A model generated the notes under the pieces. That model was not told the DNA's origin. It saw only the letters and a program-made list of their open reading frames with translations, and did no database searches. The position numbers were made by a program, and so were the translations under genes. Positions 10,225 to 20,061 of a stretch of 64,000 nt of DNA are shown in pieces. Position 1 is the stretch's first letter, and every line of letters begins with the position of its first letter. The DNA lies in contig JBMOLF010000009.1 in the NCBI GenBank assembly GCA_049325595.1, positions 1 through 64,000 on the forward strand, read 5' to 3'. The DNA comes from Candidatus Babelota bacterium (GTDB lineage Bacteria > Babelota > Babeliae > Babelales > Vermiphilaceae).

Positions 10225-10685
10225 TTCTTAGCCCCTTCTGCTAATTTTTTAAGTAATGCATTCTCCTTGCGCTTCATTACTTTATAGTCTTCATCTTTTA
10301 TGTGATCATAACCAAGTAAGTGGCAAACGCCATGTACTAATAATCGCTGCATATGATGCTCAAAGGTGTCATTCCACCGCGGCAAATCATCGATAATGTA
10401 TTGAGGTGCTAGTATAAGATCACCTAAATTTTTATCATCTTCAGATTTAACCTTAATACGTTCACCTGCTTTGAGAGTATCATGATATGGAAACGATAAA
10501 ACATCAGTTGCTTTATCTTTATTGCGATATTGCTTGTTATAAGATCTAATAGTTTTATTGCTTGTAAACCAAATCCCTAGATCAAAATCAGAATAATCTA
10601 ATGCATCCAATACAATTTGTGCATCTTGTTTTATTTTTTTTAAATCTAACTTTACCGATTTCTGGGTGTTTTTTATTTTAATCAT
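10221..10685 (-). CDS. ybeY: rRNA maturation RNase YbeY
   Basis: YRNKDKATDVLSF and HGVCHLLGYDH. Confidence 0.95.
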   Translation of the reverse strand: MIKIKNTQKSVKLDLKKIKQDAQIVLDALDYSDFDLGIWFTSNKTIRSYNKQYRNKDKATDVLSFPYHDTLKAGERIKVKSEDDKNLGDLILAPQYIIDDLPRWNDTFEHHMQRLLVHGVCHLLGYDHIKDEDYKVMKRKENALLKKLAEGAKK

Positions 10686-10786
10686 GATATCTTTTTTTTG
10701 CGTATATAGTTAAAAAGCAGAAATCATATTATTTGCACAGCATTATAATACAATTTCTGCCTATAGCTAGTTTTTTAAGTGATAAC

Positions 10787-13258
10787 TTATAGATTTATAA
10801 CAATTTCCCATTCCTGCTTATCATTTTGAAGCATCGAACTAGATAATCCTGATTGATTGTTATATTGAACCTGACTTGCTTGGCTTGCGCCCTTAATAAG
10901 AGCCTCTTGCGTTTGCAATCCATCAATAAATTGGTTGCGTTCATCAACGATAGTTAGCTGAGCAACTGCTGTTTTTAAAGAAAGTTGTTTTTCAGTTTTC
11001 AACTTTCTTACTTGTGCAATTACAGCAATAACGGCTTTCATTATTTTGCTACTTTGCTCGAAGACATATTCTACCTGTATTTGCGCAAAGCGTGTTTGGT
11101 GAACTGAATTTTGTAATTCATACTTTTTATAAATCTCTTGATAAAGCGCATCAGTTATGTGAGGAACGTATGGCGCATACAATTGTAATATACGCATGCC
11201 CACATGATACAATGTCCACCTGGTAGCATCGACTTGCTGCGGCGAATAGAGCTCAGGATGAAATAATTGATCTTTAATTAATTCTAAATAATTATCACAA
11301 AAGTCATGCCAGAAAAAATTTTCAACTTCTGCAAGAGCGCTAGTAAATTCATGCGCTTCTAATTGCTTTTGATATTCAGTGAATGTTTTGGTAATTCTAT
11401 CTAACAGCCATTCATTAATTACCTCTAAAGAACCTGGAATAACCGGTTTTGCATCAAACAGTGAAATATGTTCGTTAATAAATCTAAACGCATTCCACAA
11501 TTTAGTAACCAAACGTTGCCCAATTTTTATCTGCATTTCAGAAAAAGCAACATCTTGTCCTAAGGCTCCTGATGCGGTCCAATATCTAATAGAATCAGCT
11601 GAAAACTGCTCTAAAAGTTTTTGTGGCGTTCGTGCATCGCCTCCTTGGGATTTTGATATTTTTTCCTTACTTGATGCCAGCACATGGCCAGAAATAACAA
11701 TGTCTGACCACGGAATTGTTTGGTTATGCATCCATGATTTAACAATGGTATAAAATGCCCATGTTCTTATAATATCATGTGCTTGCGGTCGCATACCCAT
11801 AGGAATAAATCCGGATTTTGCTGCGTCCACAAATACATTCTCTGCATTTTTATCATACAATGAATAGCATATGTAAGGCGTAATAGATGAAGTATTCCAG
11901 GTATCCATTACATCAGTATCAGGTACTACATTTTCTGATTTACATGACGGACACGGCTTGCCATACACCATTTCTTGGGGGTCTACCGGTAGCATGTTTT
12001 CATCGGCTAAGATAATCTCTTTGCAATCCTTGCAATGCCAAACAGGAAAGGGAATTCCATAAAAACGTTGTCGTGATAAACACCAATCCCAACCAATATT
12101 TTCTACCCAATTCTGATAGCGCACTTTCATATATGCCGGGAACCAATTAATTTTATCTGCAAGATCAATAAACTTCTTTTTATGATCAAGAATATTTAAA
12201 AACCATTGCGAAATAAGAACATATTCTATTTCTTTCTTGCACCGCTCATGAACATTTACCGAATGCTTAATTGGCTTTTGCTGCAATAACAATTGTTTAT
12301 CAGCTAATTCAATTAATATTCGTTGTCGCGCTTGGGTTGCATTCATTCCAGCCAAAATGCCTGTTTCAGGCAACCATTTACCATCTAGCCCTAATGCTGG
12401 CCGATATGGTAATTCTAATTTTTTAAACCATTCAATATCAGTTTTATCACCAAAGGTAGCGGTCATAACAAGACCAGTTCCTTTTTCTATTTCTACTTTT
12501 TCATCAGGAAGTATGGGTACCCGATGCCCATAGATTGGCACAATTGCCTGCTTGCCTTTTAAATGCATGTATCGAACATCTTGCGGATTATACAAAAGCG
12601 CTACTACTGCATAAAGCAATTCAGGACGAGTTGTTCCAATAATAAGCTTGTTGTCATCTTCATCGGTAAAAACTATATCATTAAAAAATGAATCTTTTTC
12701 AGCGTCATCCAACTCCGCCTGTGCAACACTAGTACGACATTGAGCGCAGTACAAAGCCGGTTCATTTTTGCGGTAGACAAAACCTTTTCGATATAGGTCT
12801 AAAAAAGATTGTTGTGAGATTTTACGCACTTGGGGAGAAATAGTTGAATAGGACATATTCCAATCAACTGACAGCCCCATACTTTGCCATAATTTTTTAA
12901 ATTCATGTTCTGCATCATGGCTTGCTTGCAAGCACAAATTAATAAATTCAGATCGCGCTATTCTATGGGCGCTAATATTAAGTTTTTTTTCTACAAAGCG
13001 CTCGGTAGCAAGGCCATTGTCATCAAAACCAAATGGGTAAAAAACCGAAAAACCGTTCATGCGCTTATAGCGGGCAATAATATCGGTCTGTGTATAAGAA
13101 AAAACGTGCCCAATATGCAAACTACCAGACACCGTTGGCGGTGGGGTATCTATGCTATACAGGGGACCATCATTATTTTCAGTTGTATAAATTTGTTTAG
13201 ATTCCCACAACTCTTGAAGCTGTTGCTCGTAGCTTTTATGATTGTATTGTTTTTCCAT
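10787..13258 (-). CDS. valS: Valine--tRNA ligase (short, archaeal/type-2-like)
   Basis: DTPPPTVSGSLHIGH, GTGLVM, DWCLSRQR, RPQAHDIIRTW, KISKS; 823 aa. Confidence 0.93.
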   Translation of the reverse strand: MEKQYNHKSYEQQLQELWESKQIYTTENNDGPLYSIDTPPPTVSGSLHIGHVFSYTQTDIIARYKRMNGFSVFYPFGFDDNGLATERFVEKKLNISAHRIARSEFINLCLQASHDAEHEFKKLWQSMGLSVDWNMSYSTISPQVRKISQQSFLDLYRKGFVYRKNEPALYCAQCRTSVAQAELDDAEKDSFFNDIVFTDEDDNKLIIGTTRPELLYAVVALLYNPQDVRYMHLKGKQAIVPIYGHRVPILPDEKVEIEKGTGLVMTATFGDKTDIEWFKKLELPYRPALGLDGKWLPETGILAGMNATQARQRILIELADKQLLLQQKPIKHSVNVHERCKKEIEYVLISQWFLNILDHKKKFIDLADKINWFPAYMKVRYQNWVENIGWDWCLSRQRFYGIPFPVWHCKDCKEIILADENMLPVDPQEMVYGKPCPSCKSENVVPDTDVMDTWNTSSITPYICYSLYDKNAENVFVDAAKSGFIPMGMRPQAHDIIRTWAFYTIVKSWMHNQTIPWSDIVISGHVLASSKEKISKSQGGDARTPQKLLEQFSADSIRYWTASGALGQDVAFSEMQIKIGQRLVTKLWNAFRFINEHISLFDAKPVIPGSLEVINEWLLDRITKTFTEYQKQLEAHEFTSALAEVENFFWHDFCDNYLELIKDQLFHPELYSPQQVDATRWTLYHVGMRILQLYAPYVPHITDALYQEIYKKYELQNSVHQTRFAQIQVEYVFEQSSKIMKAVIAVIAQVRKLKTEKQLSLKTAVAQLTIVDERNQFIDGLQTQEALIKGASQASQVQYNNQSGLSSSMLQNDKQEWEIVINL

Positions 13259-13417
13259 GAACTTTTTTTACGTTAAATGTTTTTTATTACAGAATATCTT
13301 AAGTTAGCAATGGGGTCAAAATTCCCCCGCCAGAGAGTCATCTTAAAAAATCCCTGGTTTGACCGCATTTTTAATTTGTTCTACACTACTAAAAAACCCT
13401 TATTAATGGGATTTATA

Positions 13418-14134
13418 ATGTTTGGTGTAGAAACGGTAGAATTTATTATTACCTTATTTGCTTTTATTTTTGCCTATTTAACATCATCAACACTTGCAGG
13501 AGCTTTTCGTGCATGGACCGCAAAAAAAATGGGTGATGATACTGGCGAGCAATATGGTTTTTTAACGCTAAATCCGGCTCAACACGTTGATTTTTTTGGC
13601 CTTTTATGTTGGATTATAGGCGGAATCGGCTGGGGTAAAATAGCACCAGTGAATGACTCAGCAATTACAGGACGCTTAAAATCCTTAAAGCTTTTATTCC
13701 TTCGTCTTTCTTGCGCAATTGCTTATGTGGCGCTTGCAATTATTGGTCTTGTGATGCTATTCTCCCTCTTTGGCCGCACGGTGTTTTTTCATTTACTAAA
13801 AACATTACAAACTGGCACATTGTATCATCACTCATTGGCACATAGTTTCCCTCATATTTCATCTTGGAATTTATCACTTGGTGTATTGTTGATTACTAAT
13901 ATATACCTTAATGTTGTTTTTGCTTTATTTGCGACACTCAATGTCATTAGCAAAAGCATAGTAACACGCTTTTCACAGATGTTTCCTACCCAGCTAGAGC
14001 ATAACTATCTCTTATTTTTAGCAATTCCACTTATAACTTGGTTTATTCTCCTTCCTTTTTTGGGAGATTTTATTGCAAAATTAATCCTTTATTCTGGCAT
14101 TACAATTGCCTATCTTCTGGGAGTCGTATCATAA
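13418..14134 (+). CDS. Site-2 protease (M50)-like membrane protein lacking HExxH
   Basis: [33 protein letters not shown] fits the small bacterial M50 family; multiple TM helices; start placed at MFGVE (inferred). Confidence 0.7.
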   Translation: MFGVETVEFIITLFAFIFAYLTSSTLAGAFRAWTAKKMGDDTGEQYGFLTLNPAQHVDFFGLLCWIIGGIGWGKIAPVNDSAITGRLKSLKLLFLRLSCAIAYVALAIIGLVMLFSLFGRTVFFHLLKTLQTGTLYHHSLAHSFPHISSWNLSLGVLLITNIYLNVVFALFATLNVISKSIVTRFSQMFPTQLEHNYLLFLAIPLITWFILLPFLGDFIAKLILYSGITIAYLLGVVS

Positions 14135-15342
14135 TGAACGATAAAGAAAATACGATAGAACAAACATTAGATCTTCTTAAAGCGGGCACCAGTGCTATTA
14201 TCCCCGAAGAAGAATTAAGAAAAAAATTAGAACAAGGAATTCCTTTACGCATAAAGCTGGGTATGGATCCAACAGCCCCTGATTTGCATCTTGGGCATGC
14301 GGTAGTTTTGTCTAAATTAAAACAGTTTCAGGATCTTGGACATACGGTAATTTTTATTATTGGTGATTTTACTGCACGCATTGGAGACCCAACTGGCAAA
14401 TCAAAAACACGCCCTCCTCTCACTCTGCAAGAAATTGCTGAGCATACTAAAACTTATTTTGAACAAGTTGGAAAAATTCTTGATACCTCCAAATTAATTA
14501 TTCACTATAATTCAGAATGGCTCGACGCTTTAAGCGTAAAAGACCTTGTTGAATTGTGCGCTAAAGTCACTTTGGCTCGCTTAACCGAACGCGATGATTT
14601 TGAAAAAAGAATAAAAGCACAACAACCAATCAGTTTTCATGAATTGCTCTATCCCCTATTTCAAGGATATGATTCAGTAGCACTAAAAGCCGATGTAGAA
14701 CTTGGCGGTACTGATCAAACCTTTAATTTATTAATGGGAAGATTTTTACAAGAACAATACGGCCAAACACCTCAAGTTATTATTACAACTCCTATACTTG
14801 AAGGCCTTGATGGCGACAACAAAATGTCAAAATCTCTTGGCAATGCTATTGGCTTATCAGAACCAGCAGAACAAGCATTTGGTAAACTTATGTCTATTTC
14901 CGATGAACTTATGTGGCACTACATAAGTGTGCTATTGCATTTGCCGGATAAAGAAATTGCTACGCAAAAAGAACGAATCGCTCAAGGGCTTGTTCACCCC
15001 ATGGATTTAAAAAAGAATATGGCACAAGCGATTGTAGCACGATTTTGGTCTGCACAAGAAGCTGAACAAGCGCGCCATCAATTTGAAGCACTATTTCAAA
15101 AAAAAGATTATTCGCAAGCACAAGAATTTGAACTCCCACAAAATACCCCTAATCCAATCAGCATTATTGAATTGCTTAAATTGCTTGGAGTTGCAAAAAG
15201 TAACTCAGAAGCAAAGCGACTTATTGAAGGCGGCGCAGTACACTGCGATCATCAAGCAATAAAAGATATTAAAGCTTTAATTACCCATGAAAGCGGGCTT
15301 ATAATAAAAGCAGGTAAACACAAAATATTTAAAATTAAATAG
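14134..15342 (+). CDS. tyrS: Tyrosine--tRNA ligase
   Basis: [33 protein letters not shown]-terminal S4 domain; ATG overlaps upstream TAA (TAATG). Confidence 0.98.
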   Translation: MNDKENTIEQTLDLLKAGTSAIIPEEELRKKLEQGIPLRIKLGMDPTAPDLHLGHAVVLSKLKQFQDLGHTVIFIIGDFTARIGDPTGKSKTRPPLTLQEIAEHTKTYFEQVGKILDTSKLIIHYNSEWLDALSVKDLVELCAKVTLARLTERDDFEKRIKAQQPISFHELLYPLFQGYDSVALKADVELGGTDQTFNLLMGRFLQEQYGQTPQVIITTPILEGLDGDNKMSKSLGNAIGLSEPAEQAFGKLMSISDELMWHYISVLLHLPDKEIATQKERIAQGLVHPMDLKKNMAQAIVARFWSAQEAEQARHQFEALFQKKDYSQAQEFELPQNTPNPISIIELLKLLGVAKSNSEAKRLIEGGAVHCDHQAIKDIKALITHESGLIIKAGKHKIFKIK

Positions 15343-15347
15343 AAAAG

Positions 15348-15767
15348 ATGAAGAGAGTAGTAATTTTAAGCCTGATGTTCTTATTGAATGGATTATTGTT
15401 TTGCGGCACCCATGAATTAAGCAAAAACAAAGTAAGCTTTACTATAACAAGTAGTTTTAATGAACCATTTTACCCTAAAGAAAATGTATTATGGTTTAGC
15501 AACACCAATATTTCTCATGTTGTCGCATATGCATATTCAAATACCTATCCGGTGGTAACACTTAGACTTGATTTAAATAAAAAAAATCTTATTTCTCAAT
15601 TTTCATGCACCGCATCATCAGATTCAATCAAAAAAGGATTTATTAATTATCTTGAAAAAAATTTAGGCAATCATGGTTGTTCTCAAGATGATATAAAAAA
15701 TATAAAAAAAACAATTTTCAAAAAACTATTTCCAGCATCTCCTTTAATTGATAGAAGATTAAAATAA
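15348..15767 (+). CDS. Hypothetical exported protein
   Basis: MKRVVILSLMFLLNGLLFC signal-like N-terminus; 5 bp after tyrS. Confidence 0.6.
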   Translation: MKRVVILSLMFLLNGLLFCGTHELSKNKVSFTITSSFNEPFYPKENVLWFSNTNISHVVAYAYSNTYPVVTLRLDLNKKNLISQFSCTASSDSIKKGFINYLEKNLGNHGCSQDDIKNIKKTIFKKLFPASPLIDRRLK

Positions 15768-15797
15768 CTCCTCAACTTTTTTTAACCAAGGAGAATT

Positions 15798-16205
15798 ATG
15801 GCAATCATACGATGGAAACCTTTTTATGAAATTGATGAACTTTTTGACGAATTAACGCGAAGCAAACAAAATGGCTGGGATCTTGCAGCTGATGTGAGTG
15901 AAGACGATAAGTCGGTAACTGTTGAAATGCATGTACCCGGTGTTGATGTGGACAAATTAGATGTTCATGTTGAAGGTAATCATTTATACGTACATGGTTC
16001 TCGAGAAGAGAAAGAAGAAAAAAAAGACAAGCATTTCTTTAAAAAAGAAATTAGGCGCGGAAGTTTTGAGCGTATAATTAGTTTGCCATGCCCGGTAGAA
16101 TCGGAAAACATACAAGCTACATTTGAAAATGGCGTCTTAAAAATTGTATTACCAAAAGAACAACCACGCGCTAAAAGCAAAAAAATTAATATTATAAAAA
16201 AGTAA
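15798..16205 (+). CDS. Hsp20/alpha-crystallin small heat-shock protein
   Basis: PGV, EIRRGSFERIISLP, ATFENGVLKIVLPK, C-terminal INI; AAGGAG RBS. Confidence 0.95.
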   Translation: MAIIRWKPFYEIDELFDELTRSKQNGWDLAADVSEDDKSVTVEMHVPGVDVDKLDVHVEGNHLYVHGSREEKEEKKDKHFFKKEIRRGSFERIISLPCPVESENIQATFENGVLKIVLPKEQPRAKSKKINIIKK

Positions 16206-16230
16206 ATAGCATCAAGCTGACATAAAAATG

Positions 16231-16761
16231 TCAGCTTTTTTTATCATAAATAATATGCTTACCAACAATACGTCCCCAAGCAGTTAATTCATGCAATCGC
16301 ACTGAATTTTTGCCGATTATATCATACACATCAAAATTTCTGAGCAAGAGCATATCACCAATGAGTGAGCGATGACACCGCCAAGGAACTGCTTCTGCGC
16401 ACATAATAACTGATATTTTTTTCTTTGCAATTACTATAAGCTTTTCTAATCCAATTTCAAATTCCTCAGTTAACATATAATCTGCATACCCTCTAAACGA
16501 GCTATTTTCCCAGGCAATATTCAAAGAATTTTTTAAAGGATGTCGCAAACCACCAAGCAGCTTCATATGTCTGTAACCAATATGTCTATTGCGTAATGTT
16601 TTGCTTAAACAATTTTGATTAAATTGAGGATTGTGTCCTGATTTGGGGATAGTTCTAACGTCAATAACTTGCTTAATATTACTAATCTTGAGTAATTCAA
16701 TAAATTGCTCGATAGTACGGTTAGAATGCCCAATGGTATACAATATGTATTTTTTTGTCAC
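16231..16761 (-). CDS. DUF488 family protein
   Basis: YTIGHSNR, IDVRTIPKS, LGGLR, MCAEAVPWRCHRSLI. Confidence 0.9.
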   Translation of the reverse strand: MTKKYILYTIGHSNRTIEQFIELLKISNIKQVIDVRTIPKSGHNPQFNQNCLSKTLRNRHIGYRHMKLLGGLRHPLKNSLNIAWENSSFRGYADYMLTEEFEIGLEKLIVIAKKKISVIMCAEAVPWRCHRSLIGDMLLLRNFDVYDIIGKNSVRLHELTAWGRIVGKHIIYDKKS

Positions 16762-16820
16762 TGCTTATCCTCAATAGTTATTTTAGAAAAGCAGTACTAA
16801 TAAAATATATAGTACCGTAA

Positions 16821-18020
16821 TTATTCAACGATAAACCGCTTAATAGAGGGATTTATGCGCGTTACAATTTCATAATTTATAGTTTTTATGCGATCTGCTA
16901 ATTGATCAGCATGAACATCTGGATGTTCGCCAAGTAAAATGATTTCATCATCAAGAGTTACTTGAGGAATATCAGTTATATCAACCATCATAAGATTCAT
17001 GGCTATACGGCCAATAATTGCTGCCTTTATCCCTTTTACAACTACATACCCATTATTAGAAAAACCGCGATCATATCCATCCCAGTAACCGATTGGTAAC
17101 GTTGCAACTTTTGTTTCACGCTGAGTTATATAGGTACAATCATATCCAATAGATGTGCCAGAAGGAACTTGTTTTATTTGTATCGGTTTAGTTTTCCAGG
17201 TCATAACGGGTTTTAAAGAGAATGTAGGATATTTTTGTTTTGTTAACAATGCATTTTCTAAAGATGGCCATAATCCATAGATGCCAATGCCCAATCGAGC
17301 CATTGTAAAATGACTCATATCAAGTGCTGTTATAGCAGCAGAGCATGAGATATGTCTTAGGGGAATATGTATACCATCTTTTTCTAGTTGTTGAACAATG
17401 TTAGCAAATCGAACAATTTGTGTTTCTGCAAATGAATTTTTTTCCCGTTCAGAATTTGCAAGATGAGAAAAAATACCACTCACTTGAATAAATTCAAGAC
17501 GAACGACAGAGTTTACTAATGCAATAGCTTCCTCTTGACAGGCACCTATACGCGACAAACCTGTATCAATTTTAAGGTGAATGAGAGCTTTTTTTTGTAA
17601 TTTTTTTGCCACCTCATTATAGTAACATATGGTTTTAAAATCATATGCTACTAGTTCAATATCATTAGAAATAGCATCCCTTACGTGAGCATCGATAATA
17701 CTTAAAACTAAAAGTGGTTTGGTAATACCCAGCATTCTTAAGCCCATCGCTTCTGAAAGGCTAACAACACATAACATGCTCACCGCTTCTAAGCTATTCA
17801 AAATTTGGGCAATGATTCCAATGTCATGACCATAGGCATTGCTTTTGACAACCGGCGCTAACAAAGTGTCTCCAACAATATTTTTATATTGCAAAATATT
17901 GTGAATCAGAGCTGAGCGAGAAATTTCAACCCATGTTTTTATATGTTTGCATAGGGCTACATTTAGACAGCAGTTTTGTGATTGATTAGGATGAACTGAT
18001 AACACGGGGAATCCCTTCAC
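16821..18020 (-). CDS. alr: Alanine racemase family protein (paralogue 1)
   Basis: VVKSNAYGH PLP lysine, HLKIDTGLSRIG, SIGY catalytic Tyr, GYWDG, TINYE; start uncertain. Confidence 0.9.
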   Translation of the reverse strand: MKGFPVLSVHPNQSQNCCLNVALCKHIKTWVEISRSALIHNILQYKNIVGDTLLAPVVKSNAYGHDIGIIAQILNSLEAVSMLCVVSLSEAMGLRMLGITKPLLVLSIIDAHVRDAISNDIELVAYDFKTICYYNEVAKKLQKKALIHLKIDTGLSRIGACQEEAIALVNSVVRLEFIQVSGIFSHLANSEREKNSFAETQIVRFANIVQQLEKDGIHIPLRHISCSAAITALDMSHFTMARLGIGIYGLWPSLENALLTKQKYPTFSLKPVMTWKTKPIQIKQVPSGTSIGYDCTYITQRETKVATLPIGYWDGYDRGFSNNGYVVVKGIKAAIIGRIAMNLMMVDITDIPQVTLDDEIILLGEHPDVHADQLADRIKTINYEIVTRINPSIKRFIVE

Positions 18021-19116
18021 CTATCCGAGTAAGTAATTCTCTTGGATTATAACTTTGCATTATTATTGCAAGATATGACGGATTTATTAATTCTTGAGAA
18101 CCTATTAACGTTACTTGATCCCCAATTTTTGCATCTATTGTTGTTATGTCTACCATCATAGTTGTCATAGCAATGCGACCTACCACAGGTACAAAAGAAT
18201 TATTGATCATTACCAATGCATTGTTGCTAAATCTACGATCATACCCATCAAAATAACCAACTGGGACTATAGCAATCTTTGAATTCTTTTCTGCTTTAAA
18301 AGTGCGATCATAGCCAACATAATCACCAACTTTTAGTTCGCGTATGAATTCAATTTTCGAATGCCAAGATAAAACAGACTCAAGTTCAAATTCAGGAAAT
18401 TTTTTTTTAGTATTTTCTTTATTAGCAACTGATGGCCATAATCCATAAATTCCTAATCCAACACGAACTAAATTGGTATCCCCAAGTTCATATGCTGTTG
18501 TTGCTGCGGTGTTAGCAATGTGCCTAAAGGGTATTGTAATCCCTGCATATGCTAATTGTTGCAAAACGTGATTAAATAATTCTATTTGCTGGACAGTAAA
18601 TTGACTATCTTGTTGCGCTGCTTCTGCAAGATGACTATAAATCCCTTCCAAAACTACCCCTGCAAGTTGTTTAATTGTCAAGGCCACCGATAACGCTTCA
18701 GAAGCTAAAAACCCAAACCGAGATAATCCCGTATCAATTTTTACATGAATTTTAATTGGCCGTATAGATTGTTTACCAATTTCAGAAAGTTGTTGCACTG
18801 TTTGCATCTCGGTAACCATGATCGATATATCAAACAATGAAAGTAGCTTTGGGTCGTCATCAAGATGATACATTGCTAATATAGGTTTTGTTATCCCTTG
18901 TTTTCGCAATAAAATTGCTTCAGATAAGCTCGCAACAAAAAACCAATCCACATGGTTATTTAGCTGTAACAATTTGCCAATTTCTATTAAGCCATGACCG
19001 TAGGCATTACTTTTAATTACCACACCTAGCAAACGACCTTTGCATGCTTTTTTATAGTGTGCAATATTATTTTTTAGAGCAGTGGCATTTAGAGTGATAG
19101 TTGACCTGTTATTCAT
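17986..19116 (-). CDS. alr: Alanine racemase family protein (paralogue 2)
   Basis: VIKSNAYGHG, HVKIDTGLSRFG, YVGY, GYFDG; start placed at MNNRS. Confidence 0.88.
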   Translation of the reverse strand: MNNRSTITLNATALKNNIAHYKKACKGRLLGVVIKSNAYGHGLIEIGKLLQLNNHVDWFFVASLSEAILLRKQGITKPILAMYHLDDDPKLLSLFDISIMVTEMQTVQQLSEIGKQSIRPIKIHVKIDTGLSRFGFLASEALSVALTIKQLAGVVLEGIYSHLAEAAQQDSQFTVQQIELFNHVLQQLAYAGITIPFRHIANTAATTAYELGDTNLVRVGLGIYGLWPSVANKENTKKKFPEFELESVLSWHSKIEFIRELKVGDYVGYDRTFKAEKNSKIAIVPVGYFDGYDRRFSNNALVMINNSFVPVVGRIAMTTMMVDITTIDAKIGDQVTLIGSQELINPSYLAIIMQSYNPRELLTRIGEGIPRVISSS

Positions 19117-19179
19117 TGCAATAGAAATGAGTAAAAAATGATCTAGCAAAAACAGGTATTAGTATAAAGTAGTCTTAGT

Positions 19180-19214
19180 AAAAAAATAGGTGCGAGATAA
19201 AAATATCTCGCACC
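19180..19214 (-). terminator. Intrinsic terminator (minus strand)
   Basis: GGTGCGAGATA-AAAA-TATCTCGCACC, 11-bp stem with A-tract on the left. Confidence 0.8.
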
Positions 19215-19229
19215 GTAGCATCTTAATTT

Positions 19230-19829
19230 TTATTTTTCTTGGTTAGCTTGATTTTTAATTACAACCGGAACTTTGGTAGCTACCCTATTTACATAGGGAA
19301 CATCAACCTGTAAAATCTTCTCTTGCTTATCATATTCAAAACGAGCTTGCGCAAAGTCAATCGCACTTTTTAAAGGAATATAGGTTCGATTGCTCCCAGA
19401 AAAATAATGATACATTGTGGTATTATCTTTTTCTTGTTCATTTTTTGCTTCCTGACTTGTTTTAACAACTAAACCATTTCTTGCTTCTTCAAGCACAATC
19501 TTGCCAGTATTAGTAGCTATCGTCCATTTATTGCCTTTTTCATTTAAATCAGCATTTATTGCCTCATCTTCACTATCAAATCCAGCTACTTTTATTGTGA
19601 GACTTTGATCTTTGGCCTGCTCGAATGAAATCTCAAGAGTGGGTTTTTGTTCTGTCTGTTTTCGCATTTTTTCAAAGCGCTTCATTGATAATTCGTGCAT
19701 ACGATTGGAAAACTCATGCATAAGATTTAATTCTTCAAATATATCTTCGTGAAAAAACGCTTGAGATTCGCCAATTATTAACATGGCTGAAGCATTAAGA
19801 AAAAACATAATTTTTTTAGTATTTTTCAT
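19230..19829 (-). CDS. Signal-peptide protein with divergent alpha-crystallin (sHSP)-like C-terminus
   Basis: Signal ending ESQA; FFHEDIFEEL-type N-region; YIPL..AIDF..ARFEY..KILQVDVP and terminal VPV; AAGGAGG RBS. Confidence 0.6.
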   Translation of the reverse strand: MKNTKKIMFFLNASAMLIIGESQAFFHEDIFEELNLMHEFSNRMHELSMKRFEKMRKQTEQKPTLEISFEQAKDQSLTIKVAGFDSEDEAINADLNEKGNKWTIATNTGKIVLEEARNGLVVKTSQEAKNEQEKDNTTMYHYFSGSNRTYIPLKSAIDFAQARFEYDKQEKILQVDVPYVNRVATKVPVVIKNQANQEK

Positions 19830-20061
19830 GAGATTGCCTCCTTCAAAAAAACAGGTTAATTTTAACTCGCTTTTTCATTAAAAATATATGCCAAATTCTA
19901 TAAAATTTTCAAGCTCTAAATTTTGATTGAACTCTTATAGCCTTCAGCAACATTGTGTATTTCTAAATGAAATTAACAAGCAACATAAAACAAACTAATT
20001 TCTGATTGATTAATTATAAAAAACTTATATGATTGATTGTTATTTTTTAGGAGATTCTTCA

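Noticed and set aside
14038..14133. N-terminal extension of tyrS
   Set aside because: Overlaps the upstream gene; TAATG coupling supports the start at 14134
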